Assembly: GCA_002269645.1 (NCBI GenBank)
Contig: NIVC01000795.1
Span: 62,001-126,000 of the forward strand
Direction of reading: 5' to 3'
Origin: Macrostomum lignano
Taxonomy: Eukaryota
Length of the DNA stretch: 64,000 nucleotides
The stretch's first letter is position 1; each line of letters opens with the position of its first letter. The translations under genes were made by a program, and so were the position numbers. Positions 49,093-60,709 of the stretch are shown in pieces. Under the pieces are notes generated by a model, which worked only from the letters and a program-made list of their open reading frames with translations, was not told where the DNA came from and made no database searches.

Positions 49093-49991
49093 AACTTTCC
49101 GTAGTGCAATACTAAGAATAACCACTGGAAGTAAGGCGAATGTACTTTTAGGTAAAGTATCATAAAATACTCAATTCAATGTAGTTGTCATTCAGCGAAG
49201 CCAAATTATTTACCAACTGCTTTTAGGCTTAATTGATTGTTTTTGCCGGAGAATTTTCGTGTACGCTCGTAGCTGTATATACCTCAGCATATGCTACGTG
49301 CCCTGAATATGCTGCTGCGTACGACAGTAAACTTTTGCCTGAAACTCAGTTCTAAATTTAGACCGGAAAAGGTATCGACCTTGGCCCAGCTTTGGTCAAA
49401 GATATTTATTCTACATCGCAAGTCATGCTACCGTTCTTAGGATATGCTCAGAATTCTAATGCATAAAACCTCTCGCCAGTGTACATCTTCATCTACAAAA
49501 CAGAGTTTAGTCCCACTGCTCTTCATCACTGACGCTCTTCAAAGCACATCGGCTGCAGAGTACAATGAGCTGGAAGCAGCCATGATGCAAATATTCCTTA
49601 TAGCTCTATATAATTTTTTCTGGTGCGCAGGAAAGACAAAGACTTAAAGACAGGAAGGCATTTAGATACTTCAGCATATTAAAAAGCTCTGTTCTAGTGT
49701 TTACTGAGCTTTATGGGGCCAGCTCCAGATGTGGCGTGATCTTAGAAAAAGCCTCACCTCCCCCTACTGTGAGACAATTCGCATCGTGTACCCAGCAAAC
49801 TCGTGAGAAAGAGCTGAGCAGACAACTCACTCAAGCCCATATTACAGAAAATCTTGAGCATCGCTGTTCCAAATTGCCTCTCTTCCAGGTCTGCATTAAA
49901 ATAAAAGAAATTTGAGCAAAATAAATTTGCAAAGAGAAAACAACACAACGCAGCCAAGACAACAACCCACATTGACTCGCAAAATACAGCG

Positions 49992-52900
49992 ATGCACAGT
50001 TTGTTGTGCCTGCTGCTAACCGGCTGCTGTCTGATTGTTGCGGTGAGTTTCAATGCTCAACTTGCTTTCTGATTGACTTTGCAGACAGACAAGCAACTGC
50101 CGGTAGGTCTTTTAGATTCTGCTACTCAATTATAGGAGTTACAGAGTCCCATCAGTTATAATACCTAAGTCGGTCTCTATGAGGCCACCTTTCCAGCTCT
50201 GCTTCCCTTCAATGTCATCAAAAAACGCGAAATTTCATTACCGCTAAAAATTTTGCACTTACTTTCATAAATGGCAGTCTTTTTAGCGGTTGTGAAGTTT
50301 CGTGTCAATAAGTTTTTTATACTTATTTGCAGGTGAACTGCCACGGCTACATGACGATCAAGTTCCAGCAGTACCACAACCATGACAGTCGGTGCTCCGA
50401 TGGAACTTATTGCGACACGATTCTTATCTTCAACTCCAGAGAGAGCGCCTGCGATCCGCACTTCCACCTGACAGCTGACCGCTATAACGCTGGCGGGTAG
50501 GTAGTTAGAACTTTGACCAACCCTCTAAGCCTCCATCCTCTCGAGCATCAAGGGCGAAGGTCCCTTTTCCATTTGTTCGAAATACTCGTACGCTTCCCAA
50601 AGACTTTGCTGAAATACAGATTTCGAATTCCTTTCAACTTCAGAAACAGGCTGTTCGACCACAGTCAGTCAGGCTGGTACTGGGACAAGGATGTGATCGA
50701 CTTCGGATCGGATTTCGCGGGAATAAAGAATCCCGTTGTCATTGCGATGAACTTCGACAACAACGATGTGAGTCCGCGCACCGAGTAGTTCGCACCTGCG
50801 ATCTGAATCTGAGTCTCATTTCGTGCATGGTGAATTTTCAATTGCAGGGCCGACTCTTCATCAGAGTCATTGTCCATGACAAGGACAGCACGGCAGACGA
50901 TTTGATTGACATATTCTCGGCTACCCTGGAGGCCTCCGGCCCAGACGCAAAGGACCTGACGATTGTCAGCCATGCGATGGGTCACACGTAGGTTGCTCAC
51001 ATGCTAATAGTTTGTGATAACCTGTTCCAACGTTCATCAAATTTTATCCTTTAATCTCTGCTTTATCAGCTTGCGCATCCGGTACTGGTACAGCTGCCAT
51101 TCCGGCTACTACGGCGCGCTGTGCAACACCTACTGCATGGAGAAGAATAACGCGTGGGATGGTCATTACACCTGCGGCTCAGACGGACAGAAAGTCTGCC
51201 GTAGCGGTGAGTGACTGACTTCAAGGCACCAATTCCTATCGATATCGATGGTACTTTTGCACAAAAACTTTTTTTCTCAAAAACGTTATTTTTTTACTTT
51301 CAATCTAAAGTTATGAGCCACTGGTTGAAGGTGTCTCTACGCTCAAGTACGTGCAGTGCCATGAATTGCCACTAGAAAATGAACGACTGAGAAAATTTTG
51401 CTACAGAGATCAGTTCCGCTTATGACTTTATAACGCATTGACTCACCTTAGGCTGGATCGGCGCCGACTGCAAGACGCCGCACCCGTGTAGCACCGACGT
51501 CTGTCAGAACGGCGCCACCTGTGTACCTAACGGTGACTCCTACAGCTGCCGATGTCCCGCTGACTACTCCGGTACGAACTGTGAGACCTTTCTCAACCCG
51601 TGCACCTACCGAAACCCGTGCAAAAACGGCGCCACCTGCGTACTTAACGGTGACTCCTACAGCTGCCGATGTCCCGCTGACTACTCCGGTACGAACTGCG
51701 AGACCTTTCTCAACCCGTGCACCTACCGAAACCCGTGCAAAAACGGTGCCACCTGCCAGCTGGACGCCAGCCGACAGCCGCAGTGCCGCTGCTTGCCGCA
51801 GTTCACCGGATCTCATTGTGAGCTCGACGTCGATGAGTGCTCGACTGAGTCGCCGTGCAGTAACGACATGCCATGCGTCAACATTCACGGCGGTTTCTAC
51901 TGCAACTGCACCGACGCAAAGCTCCACGGCAGCCGCTGCGAGTTCGACCGCTGCAACACCACCGTCTGCTTGAACAGCGGCATCTGTCACGTGAACGAGA
52001 CGGACGGTGTTCCACGGTGCCTCTGTCCCGAAGGATTTTTAGGAGAGAACTGCGAGATCGATAACCCGTGCTACAGCAGCCCGTGCGAGAACGGGGCGCC
52101 CTGCAGAAACAGCGCCGTCGGATTCGCCTGCGACTGCCCGCCAGACTTCATCGGAGACCGATGCGAGACAGCGAAGCCGAACTACTGCGCCAGTGGGCCC
52201 TGCCGCAACGGAGGAGACTGCGTCAGCGGTACGGACGGCTTCAGCTGCACCTGTCCAGCAGGCTTCAAAGGCGCGCTCTGCGAACGTTTCGCATCCGAAG
52301 GCACCCCGAAATCGGTCGGCCAGGTGGGCGAAAATCCCGGCGACGCCTCGACTGGAAACTCCAGCGTTGTTGGAGTGGCGGCCGGATGCGCAGTCGGCTT
52401 CCTGCTGCTGATTGCCCTCGGCGTGTTCCTGGGCGTCTACCTGCTGCGTCGACGACGTAACGCCGGGTAAGTACTCGTAGATTGGATGGGAAAAAATAAT
52501 ACGCACCACGCACCACCATTGTCGGTTACATCCTCGAGAGCTTGAACTCTCTCGCATAAACAGTATGTATCTTTGTTGCTATATCTGTGGTTCATTAAAC
52601 ACAGCTTATTGTCCTTGATCCGTCCTGAACTACTCGCAGGTCCGAAGCAGATCTCGGGAGCAGCATCGGACACACCAATGAAATTTATAACAATGCCAGC
52701 GAATGTACCGGCACAGTGCGCAGTTACGAGTAAGTAGAGCAGGTCGAATGCTGTTTAACAATCGGCGTTCCCTATGGGCCGTCTTGTCTCACTTTCCTTG
52801 CGCCTATTAATAATATTTAAAACGTGCTCAGTAATTTCTACTAGCAGTAGTGCATTAGTACTGATTTTCTGCAAAAATTTCTCACAGCCCGACTGTCCAA

Positions 52901-53014
52901 TGGGAAGACGAGCCTGCAGTCTACGAAGCAATCAGCGGTCTGCCGGTTGGCGAACCGGCGAACCAGCTGCCGGTCGGTGGATTGGAAAATTCGGCCTACG
53001 AAGAGGACGCCTGA
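49992..53014 (+). CDS. Delta/Serrate/LAG-2-like type I membrane protein (signal peptide, MNNL/C2-like domain, DSL, 7 EGF, TM, tail); exons 49992..50042, 50333..50496, 50644..50767, 50848..50987, 51070..51206, 51452..52466, 52640..52729, 52888..53014
   Basis: All seven introns are GT-AG and phase-consistent. The DSL reads CHSGYYGALCNTYC..DGHYTCGSDGQKVCRSGWIGADC; there are seven 6-Cys EGF repeats and a TM VVGVAAGCAVGFLLLIALGVFLGVYLL followed by RRRR. Confidence 0.9.
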
Positions 53015-54263
53015 GCAACCCGCGGTGATCAGAAACTTTTGCCGCGTGTGGCCAAGGAAAAGTTATTGAGAAGCGTCATTGCTCTGTTTTATTGATTGAT
53101 CGATTGACCAAGTTATCATTCAAGTTTACACTTTGCTTTAGCAAGCCGACGCCCGAACACTCATTCAACTCATGCACCGAATTCCCGCATTTTCCTGCCG
53201 ATAATTTTCACAAAAGTTTCGTTGCATCATAAAGTTTTAACAAGTGTTTACAGTTAATAAAATTGTTTTTTGTATTTGTATATAAAAAGGTTTTTGTATA
53301 TAAAAGTTGACATCGCTTGCCCGAGAGTGCGTAATGCAATATTTAAGCATAGACAGGCAGTTTAATGGCTCTGACAATTTCTGTTAATTTAACGCTTTTT
53401 GATCTCGCTAGATCTCGCTATTCGTAAAGTTAACTTGTCTGAACTTCAATGCGCTCAAAACTATTCCTTTAATAGATCTTTTTTTTATTTAAAAAAGTTG
53501 TTCTAATACACTTAAAAATATTCGAAAACTCGCCGCCAAAACTTGAGTACTTTTCAGTCACTTTTCTGAAATAAAAATTCCAGGAAGTTCTTTGTAAAGC
53601 ATCGCCAATTCTGTGAAGTGCTTGAGTCTTTGTTCAACGATGTGAGATCAGTTGGTCAGAGGATCATCTGTCATGACGCCCATTGACACAAAAAGCGTTT
53701 TTTTCCGTTTCCCCCGGTGGGCCATCCCGCGATGTGAATGCAAATTGAAACTCTCAAGTGTTGTGCCCGGGTGCACTTGCACCGATGAGCAATCTCTGGC
53801 TCTCGGTCAAAGTGTGCCCGGCTCTGCACTCCCACCCCCAGCCGCGTGCCTGCGTCAACCCCCCCCCCATTCTGTCTGCGTCAACCCCCCCTCCAGTTGC
53901 ACCCACCCCACTGCCTGTTAGGCCAGCCGGCTTTGGCTGGCTGCGGCCCCAGTGCGCCCCCTCGCTCACCCTGCGATTGGCTGGTGGTCCAGCCAATCGG
54001 TTTGTTTCCTCTCCCCTCCAATCGCGACCCCGACTTGTAACTTTTTCCTTGTTGGATAAGACGATCGTAATTTTGGCTAGCTGGGCATGGGGTAGCGATA
54101 CTCCAGGGCTTAACCAGCTAGCACAAATATAAATATATGCAGGAGCGGCAGTAAGGGGAGGCATCTCTCTTTCCTTGGTTGAATTGTGCCAGTCACAGCC
54201 ATAAGTCTAATACTGCAATCCAGATACCTGTCTATTCTTGGCTCACACTGGTTTAGGATTGGG

Positions 54264-54520
54264 GGTGGTTAGAGTGTCGGATTCACGAATTGAAGGTCGG
54301 GGGTTCGATTCTGGATCCTACTGGAACAATTTGTGGCCTTGAGCAAGACACTTAACCCTGCATTGCTTCAGTTCACCCAGCGGGTGTGTGTGGCGACCCC
54401 CAGTCCTTGGACTGAACAGCCGTACGCAGCCTTCAGATGCACCGCGCAATAGCTGCGGCTGAGCTGTCGGTTGCACATCTGGCCCAATTGGGGTTGGTGC
54501 ATTCAATTATTCTTATTAAA
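54264..54520 (+). mobile_element. 5'-truncated tRNA-derived SINE with a CORE/V-SINE-like central domain
   Basis: GTGGTTAGAG (A-box part), GGTTCGATTCT (B box), then GTGGCCTTGAGCAAGACACTTAACCCTGCATTGCTTCAGTT, which resembles the CORE motif GTGACCTTGGGCAAGTCACTTAACCTC...CTCAGTTT; AT-rich tail. Confidence 0.68.
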
Positions 54521-55105
54521 TCATTCTCATTATGTTTAAGATAGAAAGGGTTGGGCGCAAATTTGATTTGTAAATTTGTAAATTTGGTTTAGCTCTGTTG
54601 GCCGTACACCGTTTAACTCTCTGACCCAGTGACCCTCAAGTGTACAATGTCTGCCCCCGTCACTCTGCAGCCAATCAGCTTGCACGCTTATTGTTTATCA
54701 GGCGCAACTCCACCCCACGCAAATATCGATTTCTAAATATATATTGGCGCTCAAGGCCGCGCAGTGGCCAAGCCTTTTCTTACCCCTGCAGCAAATCTAC
54801 AAGCTCTTTAATAATTGGATTTTATAAAATATCAAACACAAAAGAGAAAACCACCGCCTCGACGCTTTAACAACTGGAGGAAATGATTTTCGAATCTCTG
54901 AACCCACTGTATGATCAGCTCAGTTGACTCTAAGCATGCAAGCGGTGTTTATAATAGTTTATTTTAAAACTCTGCAAACAGATATAAACTCTCAAGTGAA
55001 CGATTAACGGGTGATGAGAGCAAGTTGTAAAAACACAGGCATCGATACTTAAATCAAGGTATTGATTAGCTTGGTTTATGCGCATTGCTGCTCAGACAGG
55101 ATCTA

Positions 55106-57088
55106 TCAGGCATTCTCGGGCCGCTCCGCCTCGTAGGCCGGCGGCGGGCTCACCGGGAACAGTTCGTAGTAACCGGGCGGCTTCGCTGCCGGCTGCTGCA
55201 ACTCGGGCGCCGGTCCAGCGTCATTCCGCGGATAGTCGGGCGAGCCTCTCGCTGCCCGGGTGGCCGTCGAGTCGCCAACTGATGATCTGTGCTTGCAGCA
55301 GGCGGACTTCACCGCCTTGGCCAGGCAGCAGGACAGCCCCGCCATGGCGACTAGCAGGGCCAGGCCGGAGACCGCGTAGCCCAAGCTGGAATGGGGATGG
55401 GGTGAGGCAAAGCCGCTCTGCCTGTTGTTTTTCTTTGTTTCAGAGGCCTACAGAGCCTTTCTGTGTCTCTGTAGCTATCGGCGAACACCAAAGACTCTGG
55501 TGTTGTGAGCTGCGCCTCCCAATTCTTCATTTTATTTTTCTCGTTCTCATTTTCCTCTTTTCATCAACTGGCGTCTTTTCGTCTCCCTCTCTCGTTTGGG
55601 CCGGTCCAATCATGTCTCTGGCCGCGGACGCGCCTGATTGGCTAGCCTCCCCTTCTTTCTCTTTCGTTTGAGCTAGTCCAATCATGTCTCTCGCCGCGGA
55701 GGCACCTGATTGGCTAGCCTTCCCCCTTCTTTCTCTCTCGTTTGGGTCAGTTCAAACGTGTCTCTCGCCACGGAGGCGCCTGATTGGCTAGCCTCCCCCT
55801 TCTTTCTCTATCGCCCTTCAACTCTGGGTTTTGCCCCACCACTCCCCCAGTCCTGCGTGGCTTTGCCCCACCTAGCCCCCTGCTCTTACCCAGTATTTTC
55901 GTGCGCGCGCGGCCCTCGCCCTCCCTGCTCCCTACCACTAGCCCTACGCGTGAAGATTCAACTAGAAGTACATTCAACTGAAGCTGAAATATAGAAACAA
56001 AGTCAGCCCTTAATGAGCGCGTCACGTGACCCCTCCAGGAAAGACAGCGTTTACTTTTTATTAATTAATCCTATCTTCACTATTCTCTTCACTCGTCGCC
56101 GTCTTCATTCGGGTCTGCGAAGTGCCTGTGCGCCTCCGGACCCGTGCTCACCTTTGCTGCTGCTGAGTGGCTACCTGCTCACAACCTCCTCATCCGCACC
56201 TCCCTCCTGCCGTAGGGCTGGACGAGTGTCTGAACGCTCTCAGCTTCTCCACTTCAGCCTCGAAGTGTCTGTGCGCCTCGGGGTCGCCACTCTCTCGCCT
56301 ATCACACCTGGCAAGCTCTGAGCAGTCCCTAACCCCCACCCTGATCATCCCGTCTGCGGTCTGCACGGACGGAAGCAGAAAATACAAAAACACTGGTGAC
56401 CATGATGGCAGAAATTCCAGGCTTGAAGCCAACTGTTGTACTAATGCACTGTGTGCACCCAGCAACGCAGCACACCCGCCAGCAGTCCAAGTCTCTATGA
56501 CGGCCCGTTAGCCGTTGCTCCGTCCGAAAAAAGCCATGTACGAGCGGCCCAGTCGCAAATGCTCATTCACCACCTGTTCTAGTGGACGCCCCGCGATCCA
56601 GCCCGACAGCTTGTGTCCCCAAGCCTCTTTGCTCACTTTGCATATGATCTGCTCAGATAAGCCTCGCCCGAACCTGCTGAGATGCGTTGATAAGCTAGCT
56701 AATGGGTGAACTTTTTTCACTCGCCCAGCCTGTCTTTGTGTCAGTAAAGCACACAACTCACTATTTCCAGTAGTTGGAGCTGCCGCAGTCGTCAGACTCT
56801 GTGCTCTGATCGCAGTCATCGCAGCAGTAATAGTAACTGGCCCCGCTGCTCAGGCGGCAGCAGTAGGGGTCGGGCTTCTTGCAGGTGACGTTGATGCGTT
56901 TGCCACTGATAAAAACGGTGCACAGACTTGAGTCGGCGTAGGTCACTGAAATTGATGCAAATTTCGGTTCGGAATCAATCGAACTTCTCCCTGCAAGTAC
57001 AGACGCCCTCAAACTGATCGGAGACTCTCACAGACTCACAGAATGTTCCAACTAGGATCAGGAGTAGCAGGACTGAGCAGCTTCTCAT
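55106..57088 (-). CDS. Small type I TM protein with Cys-rich ectodomain and two PPxY motifs (Shisa/WBP1/VOPP1-like), copy 1; exons 57088..57040, 56945..56762, 55385..55106
   Basis: Signal peptide MRSCSVLLLLILVGTF, 8-Cys ectodomain, TM, juxtamembrane CC, PPGY and PPAY; both introns have GTGAGT donors and consistent phases (1, 2). Confidence 0.8.
55606..55795. repeat. About 72-bp degenerate tandem repeat, 3 copies, with inverted CCAATCA...TGATTGG (left half decayed in copy 3)
   Basis: Units start at about 55606, 55678 and 55752; in intron 2 of the Shisa-like gene. Confidence 0.75.
56021..56030. promoter_or_regulatory. Perfect palindromic E-box/CLEAR-type motif GTCACGTGAC
   Basis: Exact motif, intronic; function unproven. 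Confidence 0.25.
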
Positions 57089-57809
57089 TCTCGACGATTG
57101 ACTCTCCCGTCTTGAAGAGACGACAAGGTCTCTAAAATTTGCTGAGAAAGTTTTCAGCTCAGCAGAGCCGCTGTTGTTTGCTTTTCTCTCATTGTTCAAA
57201 TGACTCACTGTGCTGAACGTCTGTTGGGCAGGAAATTCGGAAAAACAAACCTTGCTGCTCGACAATGCACATCGAGCTCTGTGCTTATCTACGCTCGTAG
57301 AATTTATTGCACAATTCTGTTTTGAGCACTGCTCAGGCTGCCCTCACACCGAACTCCAGTAAGTTTGCGCACTTGGCTGCGCATCCAGCAAAGCAGCAAA
57401 GCCGAGGGGAGACTGGGTGGGCCGGAAACAAAACAGTCGCCCTCGCCACTCCTGCTGGCTCTCTGACTGCATGCGCACTCGCCTTTCCTCTAACCTGCTG
57501 CTGCCACTGCTTTACAGCATTCAGTCCCCAGTCTGCGGCCAACGCCAGGCTGACTGTCAGACAGCTCCTGCAATTGTCTGTCTGTTTAAGTCTGTCTGCT
57601 TGAACAAAAATGAAATCATACTACGACATCTTGCTCACGACCATAACTGCTTTGAGTGCACTTTAGCTGAGAGGAAGCCTAAAGCTTTTTTTTATAATAA
57701 CAAGTAGTGCGACTGGTACGTTAGCGATTCCAGCTGACAGGCCACATCATCCGATGCGAGTCTTACTTCCTACAGCCGGTACAGGAGGTGCTGCTGCTGA
57801 CACTGCAGG

Positions 57810-59537
57810 CTTACAGCCGATTGGTGATCGGGAGTGCTTGAGCTAGCTGGGGAGTTTCTTACAGCCGATTGGTGATCGGGAGTGCTTGAGCTAGCTGGGG
57901 AGTTGCTTACAGCCGATTGGTGATCGGGAGTGCTTGAGCTAGCCGGGGAGTTGTTTACAGCCGATTGGTGATCGGGAGTGCTTGAGCTAGCTGGGGAGTT
58001 ATTTACAGCCGATTGGTGATCGGGAGTGCTTGAGCTAGCTGGGGAGTTATTTACAGCCGATTGGTGATCGGGAGTGCTTGAGCTAGCCGGGGAGTTATTT
58101 ACAGCCGATTGGTGATCGGGAGTGCTTGAGCTAGCCGGGGAGTTATTTACAGCCGATTGGTGATCGGGAGTGCTTGAGCTAGCTGGGGAGTTGCTTATGG
58201 CCGATTGGTGATCGGGAGTGCTTGAGCTAGCTGGGGAGTTGCTTATGGCCGATTGGTGATCGGGAGTGCTTGAGCTAGCTGGGGAGTTTCTTACAGCCGA
58301 TTGGTGATCGGGAGTGCTTGAGCTAGCTGGGGAGTTGCTTATGGCCGATTGGTGATCGGGAGTGCTTGAGCTAGCTGGGGAGTTTCTTACAGCCGATTGG
58401 TGATCGGGAGTGCTTGAGCTAGCTGGGGAGTTGCTTATGGCCGATTGGTGATCGGGAGTGCTTGAGCTAGCTGGGGAGTTTCTTACAGCCGATTGGTGAT
58501 CGGGAGTGCTTGAGCTAGCTGGGGAGTTGCTTATGGCCGATTGGTGATCGGGAGTGCTTGAGCTAGCTGGGGAGTTTCTTACAGCCGATTGGTGATCGGG
58601 AGTGCTTGAGCTAGCTGGGGAGTTGCTTATGGCCGATTGGTGATCGGGAGTGCTTGAGCTAGCTGGGGAGTTGCTTATGGCCGATTGGTGATCGGGAGTG
58701 CTTGAGCTAGCTGGGGAGTTGCTTATGGCCGATTGGTGATCGGGAGTGCTTGAGCTAGCTGGGGAGTTGCTTATGGCCGATTGGTGATCGGGAGTGCTTG
58801 AGCTAGCCGGGGAGTTGCTTACAGCCGATTGGTGATCGGGAGTGCTTGAGCTAGCCGGGGAGTTGCTTACAGCCGATTGGTGATCGGGAGTGCTTGAGCT
58901 AGCCGGGGAGTTGTTTACAGCCGATTGGTGATCGGGAGTGCTTGAGCTAGCCGGGGAGTTGTTTACAGCCGATTGGTGATCGGGAGTGCTTGAGCTAGCT
59001 GGGGAGTTGCTTACAGCCGATTGGTGATCGGGAGTGCTTGAGCTAGCTGGGGAGTTATTTACAGCCGATTGGTGATCGGGAGTGCTTGAGCTAGCTGGGG
59101 AGTTGCTTATGGCCGATTGGTGATCGGGAGTGCTTGAGCTAGCTGGGGAGTTGCTTATGGCCGATTGGTGATCGGGAGTGCTTGAGCTAGCCGGGGAGTT
59201 GCTTACAGCCGATTGGTGATCGGGAGTGCTTGAGCTAGCCGGGGAGTTTCTTACAGCCGATTGGTGATCGGGAGTGCTTGAGCTAGCCGGGGAGTTGTTT
59301 ACAGCCGATTGGTGATCGGGAGTGCTTGAGCTAGCCGGGGAGTTGTTTACAGCCGATTGGTGATCGGGAGTGCTTGAGCTAGCCGGGGAGTTGTTTACAG
59401 CCGATTGGTGATCGGGAGTGCTTGAGCTAGCTGGGGAGTTGCTTACAGCCGATTGGTGATCGGGAGTGCTTGAGCTAGCTGGGGAGTTGCTTACAGCCGA
59501 TTGGTGATCGGGAGTGCTTGAGCTAGCTGGGGAGTTG
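57810..59537. repeat. 48-bp minisatellite (TTACAGCCGATTGGTGATCGGGAGTGCTTGAGCTAGCTGGGGAGTTGC), about 36 copies
   Basis: Period 48 (57841 to 57889); variant units alternate in blocks. Confidence 0.97.
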
Positions 59538-59601
59538 TCTATACGTAGCCGAAGCTGAGCTGTCTATAGCCAAAGCAGCTTAAATAGTGACCACAATGTT
59601 G

Positions 59602-59669
59602 GTCACGTGATGCCCTTTGACGTCGTTGCTATGACTCCTATTCGATTAACCTCCGGTCTTCTGACGTCA
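59602..59669. promoter_or_regulatory. Motif cluster: E-box GTCACGTGA, TGACGTC and a full CRE TGACGTCA
   Basis: Three CpG-containing bHLH/bZIP motifs within 70 bp next to the 48-bp array; promoter-like, but no TSS evidence. Confidence 0.3.
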
Positions 59670-60406
59670 CAGACAGCACCTATTTCTAAAAATAGAGTTA
59701 TCACATAGATCCCGGGTGAAAAACTGAACAAATTTTTTATTCTGAGGGGCCTACGAGCCTATTCAGGTTGGCAATGACGCAATACGCGGGTTCCGATATC
59801 CCTTTGTCCGGCGGGCAAGCGGTTACATCCTCATCCATTGCCTACCCGACGGACTCGGACTGCGGCGCGGCCAGACGAGGGAGGGCTCGTCTGCCACCGT
59901 TGGTGCCAGCCTCAGTACTCATGCTCCTGCGTGGCTAACGAAGACCGATCTTTCGCCAGCCGATGCAACTTCACCGACAATAGCTACGTTAAAACGAATA
60001 AAAAAATCAATACCCGAGTGCACGGTTTTCTAAAAAACAGAGATGTATTTGGTAGAAACAATAGTTTTAGGTAAGAAAAATTCATTGATAGCTCAGTAAA
60101 TATCAGGAAAACGCGTTTGTAAAAACAGTGTCTGAAAAAGATGAAGCAATAGAAATTTCCGCCATTTATTACATGTATTTTGCATGTCACTGGGCTCGAA
60201 AAGAATCAATCAACTAGGTTAAAGTTTTGCGTGGGTTCTGAGAGAAGGAGAGTGAGGTCCAGAGCGGGCATGATTCGATGCAAGTAGTTTAGCCGCATCC
60301 AGAAGTAATAATAAAGACAGCTAGAAGGAGAGAAAGAAATCTGTTTCCAAAGGCCAGCTAAGTAAGCACTGATTTCACGAGTTCAACGCTCTTCAACGAT
60401 CGGCCC

Positions 60407-60680
60407 CTAAGCGCTTTCCGGCCTCTCCTTGTAGTCCGGCGGCGGGGTCACGGTGAAGACGTCGAAGTAGCCCGGCGGCATCTTCGGCGGCTGCTGCCAC
60501 TCCGGCGCCACATCGATGTTCTTGGGGTAGTCGACTGAGGAGCTCGGGACTCCGGCGGTGGCCGAACGGACCGAAGTCGTGCGGCGCTTGCAGCAGACCG
60601 ACTTGAAGAGCTTCACCAGGCCGAAGACCAGGCCGGCCAGCACGAAAAGCAGCACCAGGGCGCCGATGGCGCAGCCGATG
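60407..60680 (-). CDS. Last exon of a second Shisa/WBP1/VOPP1-like paralogue (upstream exons beyond the window)
   Basis: ctccgcag acceptor in the same phase (2) as copy 1; TM + SVCCK + DYP + PPGY + PPDY + RPESA aligns with copy 1 (SACCK, DYP, PPGY, PPAY, RPENA). Confidence 0.82.
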
Positions 60681-60709
60681 CTGCGGAGAGGGAAGACGAG
60701 CTCTGCCTG

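Noticed and set aside
53650-54200. GGGTGCACTTGCACC and C-rich motifs resembling DNA-transposon subterminal sequence
   Set aside because: I could not identify paired TIRs or a TSD.
59838-60074. GC-rich island that could be an extra exon
   Set aside because: No convincing reading frame with matching splice phases; may be promoter or UTR sequence.
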